Assembly: GCA_964276515.1 (NCBI GenBank)
Contig: OZ193909.1
Location: forward strand, 4,402,001 to 4,466,000
Length of the DNA: 64,000 bases
Source of the DNA: Gordius albopunctatus
Lineage: Eukaryota
Reading direction: 5' to 3'
Shown: one piece after another, positions 51,798 to 64,000 of the stretch
How the letters are laid out: each line of letters begins with the position of its first letter
Position numbering within the stretch: the stretch's first letter is position 1
The notes under the pieces: model-generated
The model's input: only the letters and a program-made list of their open reading frames with translations
The model's database searches: none
What the model was told of the DNA's origin: nothing
Translations under genes and position numbers: made by a program

Positions 51798-52482
51798 AAT
51801 TATGTTTTAAATTTATATTTTGAAAATTGCTGGCCAGCATTCCATTTTTTATTTAAAATTATAAGATCCTGACTCGAAATTAGAAGATGCTATAAAATAC
51901 AAAACTAACGAATGTACATATAGCAAAACAACGTTTGCCGGGTCAGCTAGTATAAATATAATATTAGGTGAAGAAAAAAATGCAGTCCTGAAAGGTATTT
52001 ACTTAGTGTTAGTGTTTTCATTCATTTATTCAAATACAAATTTATAGAAAATGAAAAGGAGAATTACATTGACAGTAATAGCTCTTCATCCTCAACCTCG
52101 AGTAATTAATTATATTAAATAATTTCAAAGCCATAAATTAGGTTACACTGAAGGTCTTATTAATTTAATTGAAAATGGAATTCTAGAAAATTCCAATCAT
52201 AAAAATAAAAAATTAATTTCAAAATTGATTTATATTATCCTTTCATCAATAGAATAATAGCAGAATTAAACATAAGATTTTCGAAAATTAATTGTAATTT
52301 ATATAAGTCCTTAGAAGATTTAAACCCTTCATCCCCTTTTTTGCGATAAATCTTTTTTATCAGAAATAATTAACCATTATGAATTAAAGACGGCGAAATA
52401 GAAATGGCAAAAAGTTTTGTAACACATTATAACCCTTTATCTTAAAATAAAATGCAATGATATTTTTTCACTTATTAAAATC

Positions 52483-52749
52483 TTGCCCCCGATAGTGTTT
52501 CCAAATTTTACTATTTTGATTAAAATAATTTTAATTATCCCAATAACTTCATGTTCATGCGAAAGATCGTTCTCATTGCTAAAACGGATTAAAACTTATC
52601 TTCGTTCCACAATTGGACAAGATAGGTTATCTTCCCTAGCTTTATTGAGCTTAGAACATGACTTTGTAAATGTTATTCCCCTGGTTGATATTATAAATTC
52701 GTTTGCAACATCGAGTAAAAGGCGTAATGAACTACTATTAAAAGACTAA
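52483..52749 (+). pseudogene. hAT transposase C-terminal dimerisation domain remnant
   Basis: FPN...LIIPITSCSCERSFSLLKRIKTYLRSTIGQDRLSSLALLSLE. Confidence 0.8.
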
Positions 52750-53504
52750 TTTTAATATTTAATAAAAAAATTATCTGGGCATTTAAACTTGTTTTAAACT
52801 TTTTAACATTTTCAAAATATATTAAAATATTATTGAATTTACGAAAATTCCATCCTGATTTCAATTTAATTGTCCATCTCACATGCTTATATCTTGCATA
52901 TTTTTATGTACCACATGCACATATAAAAAAAATTGTTTGTACACCATTTTTTCCCTTTATTAGTGATATCCCATCATAAGTTTGATAAATTAATATTAAT
53001 AACCAATTCCTGAATTTTATTCAATTGTTAACGCATCAAAACTTTCAAAAGATCAAAATCCTAAAAAAATATGTTTGTCTTTGGACGCTAAGTTGTTCTG
53101 TGCATCTCACATATCTAATTTCATCTAAAATTATCAAATAAAATTTTGATTCATTCAATGGTGTTGTGACAGAATATTTTTAAGGTTCATTTCAGAGGTC
53201 AGATTTTTTACAATTTTTCTGCCCGAACCCGGCCCGATTTTATAATTAATCTGCCCGCCAGAACCCTTCTATGTGTCCGCCCGGCAATGCCCGAATTATC
53301 CCAGCTGCCCTGCCCGAAATGGTGTGTTTTAAAATTTTTAGCACTAATAAAGTTATATTTTTTTAAAAATTTTATCTTAATTTTTGATTTTTTGTTTTAA
53401 ATGAGAACTGGATTAACAAACATTATGAAATCAATTTAAAAAGTGGCAAAATATACACAAAAACAATATAATACATTATTTTAAAATTTTTACAAATTTA
53501 CTTT

Positions 53505-56500
53505 ATGGTTGGTGAGGACTCTGAACGCGCACTAGCCAATCGCGTAGATGCACGTTGCGGCTACAATCACCTTAATTCACCTTTTGCCAGGCGCATCGTC
53601 AGCGATCTGGACGTTCTGTTGACTGAACACAATGAATTGTTAAAATTATTTAAAGCACACATGCCCAAATTAATAAGTGACAAACACGCTATTGTCATCT
53701 ATCCTGATAAAATACCTGCGGGACAGCATATACGTAGATTTAATGCACCTGTTGTTGACGATGTTGCTGGAATCATGATTGGCGACCGTACAGCTTCGCG
53801 CCAAATCGTGATTCGAAAAAGAGATGATAATCTACAGTTCATTCCTGATACCCACCGTTCCTATGACGCTCTCCAATACCCGCTCATTTTTTGGAAGGGG
53901 CAGGACGGTTATTTTATAAACATTAAACAACGGGATCCCCGAAATGGTATTACTCATTTTTAATTTTTTTATATGTATCATATCACAGGAGCTGAAACCA
54001 GCAAAAAAGGGAGCTCGATGGATTATTATGCCTATCATTTGATGATTAGAAACGGTGAGGACAACATCATTCTACGCTGTCGAGAGCTTTGCCAGCAGTT
54101 CATTGTGGATATGTATGTGAAGATTGAGAGCGAGCGCTTACGCTTCTTACGTTATAACCAGAAAAAGCTGCGTGCTGAAGAATACATCCACCTGCGAGAC
54201 GCTATCGCTACCAACGCTGACGCTGCCGAAATTTGTAGCTCCATTATTCTACCATCATCGTACGTAGGTAGTCCCCGTCACATGCAAGAATACATACATG
54301 ATGCCATGGCTTACGTACGCTAATACGGACGACCATGTTTATTTATCACCTTTACAAATTACATCGTTACTCTTACCAGGACAAAATTCAATACATCGTC
54401 ATGACATAATAGCCCGTGTGTTTAAACAAAAATTAAGGTCTTTCGTTAACTTTATTACAAAATTACACATATTTGGCCCCGCACGTTGTTGGATGTATTC
54501 GGTTGAGTGGTAAAAGCGTGGATAACCTCATGCACATATTTTGATTTGGTTCATTGACAAAATACGCCCAGAAGACATAGATAGTTTAGTATCCGCAGAA
54601 ATGCTAAATCCTTCTACTGATCAATTATTGTTTGATATTGTCACCAAAAATATGATTCATGGCCCATGCGGGGCTTTAAATGCTTCATCGCCTTGCATGT
54701 TAGATGGAAAGTGTACAAAACGTTTTCCTAAAGATTTCACCAACGATACGATCACACATGGGGACGGATATCCTATTTATCGTCGAAGAAGTACCGATGA
54801 TGGCGGACAATCATTTAGTAAAACTATCAGTAACGCAGACATTAACATCGACAATCGTTGGGTCGTACCATACTCACCTCTCCTCTGTAAAACATTCAAT
54901 GCTCATATTAATGTTGAGTTTTGCAATTCGGTCAAAAGCATAAAATACATTTGCAAATATATTAATAAAGGAAGTGATATGGCTGTATTTAGAGTTGAAA
55001 ATACCAATGTGAATGCTACGCCATTGAATGACAGTGATGAAATCACCAACTACCAAATCGGACGATACATCAGCTCCAATGAAGCTATTTGGCGAATCTT
55101 CGGGTTTCCAATTCATGAACGTCATCCAGCAGTTATCCATTTAGCTGTTCATCTTGAAAACGGCCAACGCGTTTTTTTCACAAACGAGACGGCTTTTGAT
55201 CGTTCAATAAATCCACCAAACACCACACTAACAGCTTTTTTTGCTTTGTGTAATTCCTCCGATGCTATTGGTGCCTTCACACGAACACTACTTTATTCAG
55301 AAGTACCGCGCTATTTTACGTGGACGCAATCGAGAAAATGGATGCCGCGCAAGCAAGGCACACAAGTGGATGCATGCCCCGGTTTATTTAAATCAAACAA
55401 TTTAGGTCGTGTATATACAGTCAATCCAAGACAGACTGAGTGCTTTTATCTGCGCCTGTTGTTTGTTAATGTCACCGGCCCTTTGTCTTTTCATGATATC
55501 CGTAAAGTAAATGGACAACAGTATCCAACCTATAAAGTTGCATGCCTTGCATTAGGATTGCTAGAAGACGACAATCATTGGGACAGTATGCTTACTGAAG
55601 CATCATTAAACTGTACAGGAGCGCAAATTCGTCTAATTTTCGCCATAGTGTTGACTACATGTTTTCCTGTCCGAGCACAAACGTTGTGGGATAATCACAA
55701 AGGTTCTATGACTGATGATATATTGCATCGATATCGTCATATGAGCAACGATCTAACGATACCATTCACCGACTCCATGTACAATGAAACATTGATAGCT
55801 ATTGAGGATCTTTGCATTGTCATCGCCAATTTAAACATCAGCCATTTCGGTATGCGGTCACCAAATCGAAATGCATCTGATTTACTCAATACTGATATGA
55901 ATCGTGAACTACAATATAATACTATATAATTGGCAGCATTCGTTACTCGCAATGTCCCGCTACTCACTAATCACAAAAAATCATTTACGACCGCGTTTTG
56001 CTTGCAATTTCTGAAGGACAAGGAGGTTTCTTTTTTTGGATGCACCGGGAGGGACTGGCAAAACATTTCTAATTTCGCTAATTCTTGCTGAGATACGATC
56101 AAAAAATGGCATCACTTTGGCCGTTGCTTCATCTGGCATTTCAGCTACTTTATTAGATGGAGGCAGAACAGCTCATTCAGCATTTAAGCTACCACTTAAT
56201 ATTCAAAATAACCCTGAAGCAATGTGCAACATAAAAAAAAACAATCGTCCATGGCGAGAGTGCTCAAACAATGTAAAGTTATCATCTGGGATGAATGCAC
56301 TATGGCACACAAACATTCGCTTGAGGCATTGAACAGGACATTAAAGGATCTAAAGAACAACGACAGACTTTTTGGCGGTACTCTTTTACTGCTTTCAGGT
56401 GATTTTCGACAAACACTTCCCGTTATTCCGCGTTCAACATACGCTGATGAGATCAACGCCTGCTTAAAGTCATCCTCACTTTGGTGTTATGTTGTGAAAC

Positions 56501-57333
56501 TACAGCTGAAAGTAAACATGCGCGTTCAAATGCTTAACGATGCATCCGCTGAAAATTTTTCAAGACAACTGTTGAATATTGGTGATGGAAAATTAGCTTT
56601 ACATGAAAATACTGAATGCATGAAATTACCATCGGATTTTTGCACAATTGTAGAGACGCAAACTGCTCTCATTGACCATGTATTTCCGAATCTATACACA
56701 GAATACAACAATCTTGATTGGCTGGCAGAAAGAGGAACATTATCAGCAAAAAATGTGGACGTCAATGATTTAAATTACAAGATAAAACAGTTGTTGCCAG
56801 GTGACTTAATATCATACAAATCTATCGATACAGTATGTGATGCCAACGAAGTTGTAAATTATCCGATTGAGTTTTTGAATTCTTTGGATTTGCCAGGCAT
56901 GCCACCGCACCATTTACAGCTAAAGGTCGGATCTCCTGTAATTTTACCTCGTAACCTAAACCCACCACGGCTTTGCAATGGCACACGATTAGTAATGAAA
57001 AAATTATTACAAAACTCTATAGAAGTCACTATATTGAATGGCGAATTTCGCGGTGAAAATATATTGTTGCCACGAATTCCTATTCTTCCCTCAGATGTAC
57101 CCATTCAATTCAAACGCATTCAATTTCCGATTAGATTAGCTTTCGCAATGACAATTAATAAAGCCCAGGGCCAAACAATGTCTATTTGTGGCTTAGATTT
57201 GAGCACACCATGCTTTTCCCACGGACAACTATATGTGGCATGTTCTAGCGTGGGTAAACTATCCAGTTGGTTTGTCTTGGCTAAAGACGGTCTAACCAAA
57301 ATAATTGTATACTCCATAGCACTTAGAGATTAA
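53505..57333 (+). pseudogene. Helitron Rep/helicase (HUH endonuclease plus Pif1-type helicase), disrupted
   Basis: YDALQYPL, YVGSPRHM, VEW*KRG*PHAHILIW (HUH), YICKYINKG, DAPGGTGKT, IIWDE, GDFRQTLPV, QFPIRLAFAMTINKAQGQT, FSHGQLYVA; in-frame stops and frameshifts; 42-nt intron at 53947-53988. Confidence 0.93.
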
Positions 57334-57459
57334 TTATGAAGTAAAACGGATCAGGGATTTTTTTTCGTTTCGGTAAGTATATCAATACATTATAGATGAT
57401 TTAATTAAGTTAAACTTTAAATATTTGAAATATTGTGTCGATTATGTTATACAATAATC

Positions 57460-58090
57460 GTATCCATTAATTGGACGGTGGCGTGGAGAGGAGGGATGAC
57501 AGGCGCATTACGGATTTATTTTCATCGTTTATGTAAGTTTCAAAAAATGTATAAAATAGACAAAATTTCTCCTGTTTATAGATTATGATAAAATAAATTG
57601 TCAAAATTATGTTTTTCCAGATCTTCCAATCGAAGTACGGTGGGGTGGAGAGGAGGGATGGCAGGCGCATTACGGATTTATTTTCATCATTTATGTAAAT
57701 GTCTAAAAATGTATGAAATAGACAAAATTTCTCCTGTTTGTAGACTATGATAATCTAAATCTTCTAAATTATGTTTTTCCAGATCTTCCAATCGAAGTAC
57801 GGTGGGGTGGAGAGGAGGGATGGTGGGCACATTACGGATTTATTTTCATCGTTTATGTAAGTGTCTAAAAATGTATGAAATAGACAAAATTTATCCTGCT
57901 TGTAGACTATGATAATCTAAATCCTCTAAATTATGTTTTTCCAGATTTTCCAATAGAAAGACGGTGGGGTGGAGAGGAGGGATGGCGGGCACATTACGGA
58001 TTTATATTCATCGTTTATGTAAGTGTTTAAAAATGTATAAAATCAACAAATCCTCTAAATTATTTTTATCCAGATCTTCCAATCAAAGGC
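57460..58090. repeat. ~160-180-bp tandem repeats in the Helitron 3' region
   Basis: ACGGTGGGGTGGAGAGGAGGGATGG...TTTTTCCAGATCTTCCAAT occurs about 4 times. Confidence 0.85.
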
Positions 58091-58662
58091 CCTCATCACG
58101 TATTGCCTATCTATCGTTGTAGGTAGTGTGATAAATGCAGTAGGCATGTGTCGCAGAAAATGGAAACTTTTTACGCGCTTTGAAACATCAAAGTCATTTT
58201 TTTGCTTATTTTTCAGGTCAAATATTTATTTTTATAGGACGGTGGCGTCCCCTCCTGCGTGACTGAATAAATTAAAAAATCTAATTTTGTCATTTTTTGT
58301 GCGTTAAATAAGTGATATATCTCAGTTCTTCGGACATTATTAAGTTCAGAGTTAAAAGTTTTATTAAGAAACAAATAATTATAATTATGATATTGTTTCT
58401 TAATTACAAAAAATTTAAAAAAATTGCTTGAAGGGTCAGGGGCCAAAGATTTTTCCCTTGGGAGAAGGGGCCCATGGGGCTAGGTTTTCTTTTAGGTTGG
58501 GCCTTGGGCCCTCTTTAACTATTTGTTTAAATTTTTTTGCATAATAAACACTTACCAATTATATTTGATATATTCTTAATCTATTGAAATTTATCTATAA
58601 GATGATATATTCTGCGAATACACCGGGGTAAATGGCAAAAAAACGTTTGCCGGGTCAGCTAG

Positions 58663-58985
58663 TGTTTATATAGATTTTTAGGGTTAAAAACTAAGTTATT
58701 TTCAAATTTCCAAAAATGTGTACAGTATAAGTATTTAAGTTTAAGATTTGAAATACATAGCAAAATAATATATTTATATAGAGAAGGTTAGAAACTAAGT
58801 TATTTTCAAATTTCTTAAAATGTGTAGAGTATAAGTATTCAAGTTTAGGATTTGTAATACATAATAAAATGTCCTGTTTATATAGATTTTTAGGGTTAGG
58901 AATAAAGTTATTTTCAAATTTATAATATTTACCAAAATTTTATTGTCATGTTTAAGATTTTTAGGGTTAGAAACTGTTATTTTCT
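58663..58985. repeat. Degenerate ~100-bp tandem repeat
   Basis: TTTATATAGATTTTTAGGGTTAGAAACTAAGTTATTTTCAAATT-like unit recurs 3-4 times. Confidence 0.65.
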
Positions 58986-59601
58986 ATATTATAAAAAGAT
59001 CAGCACAGTCTGCAGCAACATCTGATTTTTTGAAGGGTGTAACTATTTCTAACCCCAACATAATTTATAATTATAAATTTTTTAAGTGTGTTTCTAAAAA
59101 TTTGTGATTAATAACATATGTAGGCGGTTTTACTCAACTTATTTAGAATGCATTTTGCATACAAAATGGATACAATGTTAAATTTAATTAGGGAATAAAA
59201 TTAGTTTACGGCTATGATTATATCACTTCAACTTTTTAATTAATTTTATAAAATAGCATATTATACAATTTACACTGATATACAATATTCTATTATATTC
59301 TTATATCTTAGACTAATATATATTGTGCCATTCTTATCTTACCTTACAAAGAAAACTACAATATTATCCATTTATACTCCAATATAAAATAATCTATCAC
59401 ATTCATGCATTATCTTTAAGTAGTTTAATTTTGTGCTATTTATAGCTTTTTATATTTATATTTATTATAAAAGTTATAAAATTATACAAATTTTACTTTA
59501 GAATCGTATGTTCATATGTTTTAAAAGCATTAACAACGACATCCATCCATCGTTTTTGTTGAGTTGTAAGTTTCCCAGTTGACTCTGATTCACGTTGTAA
59601 A

Positions 59602-61298
59602 ATGATGTACAAAATAAGATTTCGCACACATCTTATAATCATCTCGACTTCATTATTTTGGGTCCTTATGGATGTTTTTTTATTGATGTTTTTTGCTGAT
59701 AAAAATCCTTACTGTATATTGAAAAAATTTTCAAATGAATCTCGTTACTCTTTTGTTAAAAATATCATTAATCCTAAAATTCTAACTCCTATCGCTCTTA
59801 CTTCAGCAGGTAATTTATGGAAATTTTATATTATAAGAGAATAAGCTAGCTCAAATTTTATATAACATCCAAATTTTCAAGTATTTAAAATAGAGTTTAG
59901 ACAGTTAAATTTTATTATCTAAAATTTTTAAAAACATATATAACTAAGTATATTGCTGTGCATTAGCATGAATGATTGTTGGTAGATTCAATTTATAACA
60001 TACAAAATTTTATGATATTTAAAAACCTTTTGAAGTTTTTTTTGAAATAACTAATTTTAGTTAGTCCAAACCTTGAAAAATGCTCAAGTGTTCTTTAAAA
60101 TATAAACTTTGAAGGAACTAGATTAGTCCAAGATAGTATGATCATAATACAAATTTATAAAGCTTATAGTTAATAGTAATTGTTCACTTGTTATTAAAAC
60201 ATGTCAAAAGATGAGACTAAAATTTTATAAATTTTATATATTAAAATTTTCCAACAAATGTATGCAAAAATATTAAAATATTTTATTTAGAATTCGTGTA
60301 AAGCTAAAAAAGTAAATGATGCTCTTTAAATGGAATTTTTTCAAATAATTAAATATTTTTATTTTACCCACCTAAAATTGAATTGGGAACCATCACAAAC
60401 TGGATTGTTTAAGCTTAAAATGTTTTATAACGGGTGTACATTAGTAGTATTGATTTATTAAATAACTATACCTCAAGATGAGATATTTCATTAACCAGAA
60501 TTTATATAGCATATTATATATGTCTAGTGTTATTCCATATCCCCCTCCCCAAGCATTTTTAAATTATTATTAGCAAAATACCTTTATTCTAATTATTACT
60601 TTAAACCAATATATTATAATATTTAATTATCTTACTTAAGGACAACCAGTTTTTACTTCAATAATTTATATAAATGCATTGTCTAATGCTATTTCTTGTC
60701 AGATAATTATATTTTAATTACAATAAATAAAAATCATAATAAATTATAGAGGAATTGTAAAATATTACAAAAGCTATTAACCTGATATAGAAGGGGTTAT
60801 TTCTTTAATACTTATCATTAAAAATAATTAATTTACTCTTTTTTTAGAAATTAAATTAATTATTATTGTAAAAATTTATTATCAAGCAATACTTCTTTTT
60901 GAAGCAATTATATTGGGCTGTATATTAAACTAATCAAAAAACTTTTTTAAATCAATTGAATTGTTTAATTTGTTTTAGTATTCAAATCATCCAGTATTTC
61001 AAAAATCAACCAAGCATATAAACCTGGCCCTAAAATACTGGAAAGTGATATTAAGGGTAATTTTAACTTTGTTGAATACTCATTAAACCTACATATATGT
61101 AATATAACTTAAAAAATTAAAAAAATTGATATTTTATTAATAATGCTGCTTAGGTCCTGGAGCCCTTGGTACGGGCGTTGTGATACCTGAAGAAATGAGT
61201 GTTTTGCAAAAAGAAAAATTTGCGCTAAATCAATTTAATTTAGTTGCGAGTGAGATGATACCTTTGAACCGCAGTTTAAAAGACCACAGGCTTCCAGG
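59602..61298 (+). CDS. GALNT: Polypeptide N-acetylgalactosaminyltransferase (GALNT1/pgant5-like), first three coding exons; the rest was not found in the window
   Basis: Exons 59602-59809, 60979-61056, 61154-61298 with consistent phases; type II TM anchor [31 protein letters not shown]...[26 protein letters not shown]. Confidence 0.88.
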
Positions 61299-61364
61299 GT
61301 ATATATTTGTTACATTATAAAATCTATGAGATACAATAAATTTTTTTTATATATACTAAGGATT

Positions 61365-62403
61365 AGTGCTGTAAACATTTGTAAAAAAATCGAACGCGTT
61401 CAACGTTCATTGACAAAAATCGAACGCGTTCACGTTCGTTTAAAAAGAAAAGGAACGCGTTCACGTTCGTTCAAAATTTTATGATAAATTTTTTTAAAGT
61501 TTATTTTAATATAAATAAATGTCTTATATTTTTTACTACAATAAATAGCCATGATAAAAAATAATAGTTTTATTTCGAAAATATAATTATAAATCAATAT
61601 AATCTATTTTCTTAATAATAATTGTTTTTCAAAATTGTCGTCTGATAAGCAGGAACGCTTGGCAGTTAATACAGCATTAGCTATACTAAAAACCTGCTAC
61701 ACAGGGGCAGATGAGGGGATTGGAGTATTATACTTAAAAGACAAACTTTTTAAAGGAGGAAATTTATTAAAAACTTTTAATGTTTTGTCCCTCGCTTCAA
61801 AAAATTGCGACAAGATATCATCCTCCAATGCGTCCTCTACTTCCTCGCCAAAAAATGATATCTCGGAATCGACAGCTCTTTCATTATCAACTCTAGGGGT
61901 TTCAATCCCTTTTTTCAATTACAATAAAAGTTTATTCTTTATAGTTTCATTTTAATTATTGAATTTGATCTTTTATATGAAACGAGTGAAAAACATTTTT
62001 CATATTTTTGCCATGGCAATTTCAATTCATCTGCTGATTTTGAATATTCAGAATCTGAAGATGACGACGATGTAATATTATGATTGTCCATATTAACCTA
62101 TAAATTAAACTATAATTAACAATATCAAACTAATTAACTTTAATCTTATCTTCTTTTGCACGTTATAGTATGTTAAAAGTATTCCGGAATTGGTAATAGG
62201 AAACAGGAAAAACAGCTGATTAAAAAATATAATACTTTTTTGTTAAAAATTCGGATTGACATTAATTTTCTAATAAATAAAAACAAAAAAGGGTTTTTAA
62301 AATTGAACGAACGTTAAATTCGAACGCTTTCATCAAAAAAAGGAACGCGTTCACGTTCAAAGTTTACCAAAAAATAAAAGAACGCCGTTCATGAACGCGT
62401 TCA
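61365..62403 (-). mobile_element. hAT remnant with GAACGCGTTC subterminal repeats, in a GALNT intron
   Basis: Starts TAGTGCTG; minus strand KYNTPIPSSAPV*QVFS...KRSCLSDDNFEK (hAT C-terminus). Confidence 0.75.
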
Positions 62404-63313
62404 TAGGAGACCGGGGCTAGTCGTAGCCCTTTTTGTAAAATAATAATGATATATTATTAAAATTTAAACCATATATCCATGCTTTCATGAGGAATAATAA
62501 GTAAAAAAATTTTTGTTTAGAAAAAATAAAATTTAAAATTTTTATGGATGAAAAACGATTTTTCGGGGCTATTAGTAGCCTTGACAAAATTTTGTATTTT
62601 GCACATAAAATTTTTTTGGCTCTATATTTTGGACTAATTTATGTTTTATCTTATAAAGAGGTATTTTTTATATAAAACCGCCTAATGATTAAATTTTTAT
62701 TCGCAATATAACATGTTGAATTATTAATTGTTCATAAAAATAGGGGTCGGGGCTTGTTATAGCCATTTTTCATTGGGCCTTACAAATGAAAAGATTTAAA
62801 AAACAAAAATCTTGTTTATAATTCAACTTAGTGTAATTAGGAATAGAAATAGACTATGATTATACTTAAAAAAACGACTAGAAGTTTTTTTTACATGGCA
62901 GAATATGTCTTTTAGGTCTACTTAAGTCAGATTATCATCTTGACCCTTTTTTATTTTTTTATTATATAAAATACAATCATATTACATTTAAATTTTCTTT
63001 TTTTTATATAATGTAACAATATTTTTATTGATTTAAGTTAGCATACACTATTAAGAATTTAAAACATCAGGGTTAATCTATCACCTAAACAGCTATAACT
63101 AACCCCGGGCACTTTTGAAATTTTTAGGATTTTTGATTTTTTTGAACTCAATTTATAAAAAAACTCTACGCTCTTTTTTTCTCAATTTCCTTTCCTATAA
63201 TAGAAATAAACTATAAAAATGTATTCCAATAAAAAAATTATAAAAATCTTCATTAGTTTTTTTAAAAAAGTGGTTTAATTTTTTTATGGCTATTTAGGCC
63301 CCGGTCTCCCCTA
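62404..63313. mobile_element. TIR MITE, probably Tc1/mariner/pogo-type
   Basis: TAGGAGACCGGGGC...GCCCCGGTCTCCCCTA inverted ends bounded by TA. Confidence 0.75.
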
Positions 63314-64000
63314 TCCATTAAGTGTAGCAAACGGTTTAAATGACCGGATCAATGGATGCGATAAATTTTGCCCTTGCCCAAAGTTATAATTTGTTTAATA
63401 ATATCCAACCAAGGTTCACGGGCGGGCGTGGCTAGGATTGAAACTGACGGGATTAAAAATGTATAGCTTAGGGAGGAGGAAAAATGAAATGATTTCCTTT
63501 CATGATTCTCCCCTTGTCCAATACATATAAAAATATATTAGTTGAGGGATGGGGGGGGGGTGAGGGAGGATCGGCTGCTCCCCCTAAGTCCAAATATTTG
63601 TTGGAACTTATTAAAATTATGGCTAATATTTCAGGAAATGACCAACCATTTTGCCCCTCTCTAAATCATTATTGCCCCCCTCAAATCCCAATGCTGCCTA
63701 CGTCCATACCATCGCCTGGGTACGCCTTTATAGATGTGCGAGAATAAAGTATTATGCGCCAAAATGACAATCTAGGCGCTTAAATCTCCTATTGACTGCA
63801 CCATTAAGACCGGAAAGCTGTGATCAATTTTTCTGTAATATCTCCTAAATCAAAGCCCCGTGTACAAGTTTTCATTCAGGGCTTCTCCTTAAGTTGAATC
63901 ACTATTTCGTTACTTTCATCGTGGATTTTCTATCATCCAGGTGCCTAACCAAAGATTATAAACCCGCTCAACTCAAGCCCACCAGCGTAGTGATAGTGTT

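Larger units (their letters stand above)
47234..51950 (+). mobile_element. Helitron copy 1 (RepHel 5' part, internally deleted; 5' terminus not identified)
   Basis: N-terminal zinc finger CPHCHALKF...MCCASGK and FQMTSF/KIKGQVFH motifs; jumps at ~49903 to 3'-region sequence; ends with AACGTTTGCCGGGTCAGCTAG|T (51950). Confidence 0.82.
53484..58662 (+). mobile_element. Helitron copy 2 (5'-truncated), with 3' tandem repeats and canonical 3' end
   Basis: RepHel coding region; ends GGCAAAAAAACGTTTGCCGGGTCAGCTAG|T (58662). Confidence 0.92.

Overview
AT-rich, intron-containing animal genomic DNA. From about 4.8 to 25.7 kb there is a complete 10-exon TCF/LEF (pangolin) gene with a beta-catenin-binding N-terminus, HMG box, basic tail and C-clamp. 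My splice model gives 1384 aa, with an unusually long (~810 aa) terminal exon. From 26.5 to 58.7 kb the window is a nested transposon field: hAT remnants and MITEs with 8-bp TSDs, a fragmentary Gypsy pol, a small two-LTR element with a tRNA-Trp PBS, two head-to-tail Helitron copies (one carrying a DINE-1/HINE-like element), and tandem repeats. The first three exons of a GALNT1/pgant5-like GalNAc-transferase start at 59.6 kb. The most interesting object is a ~2.7-kb retroelement at 27847-32075. After removing a nested LTR insertion it has one uninterrupted 820-aa ORF: a Gag-like N-terminus, RT, and RNase H with hepadnavirus/DIRS-like motifs (PMGASFSPF, YLDD, NPADLPSR). It encodes no recognisable integrase, tyrosine recombinase or endonuclease. 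It has 77-bp terminal direct repeats, and its only TATA+Inr core promoter lies at the 3' end just before the second repeat. This layout resembles a terminally redundant pregenome copy of a circular or tandem retroelement. All calls are by eye; no database searches were run.
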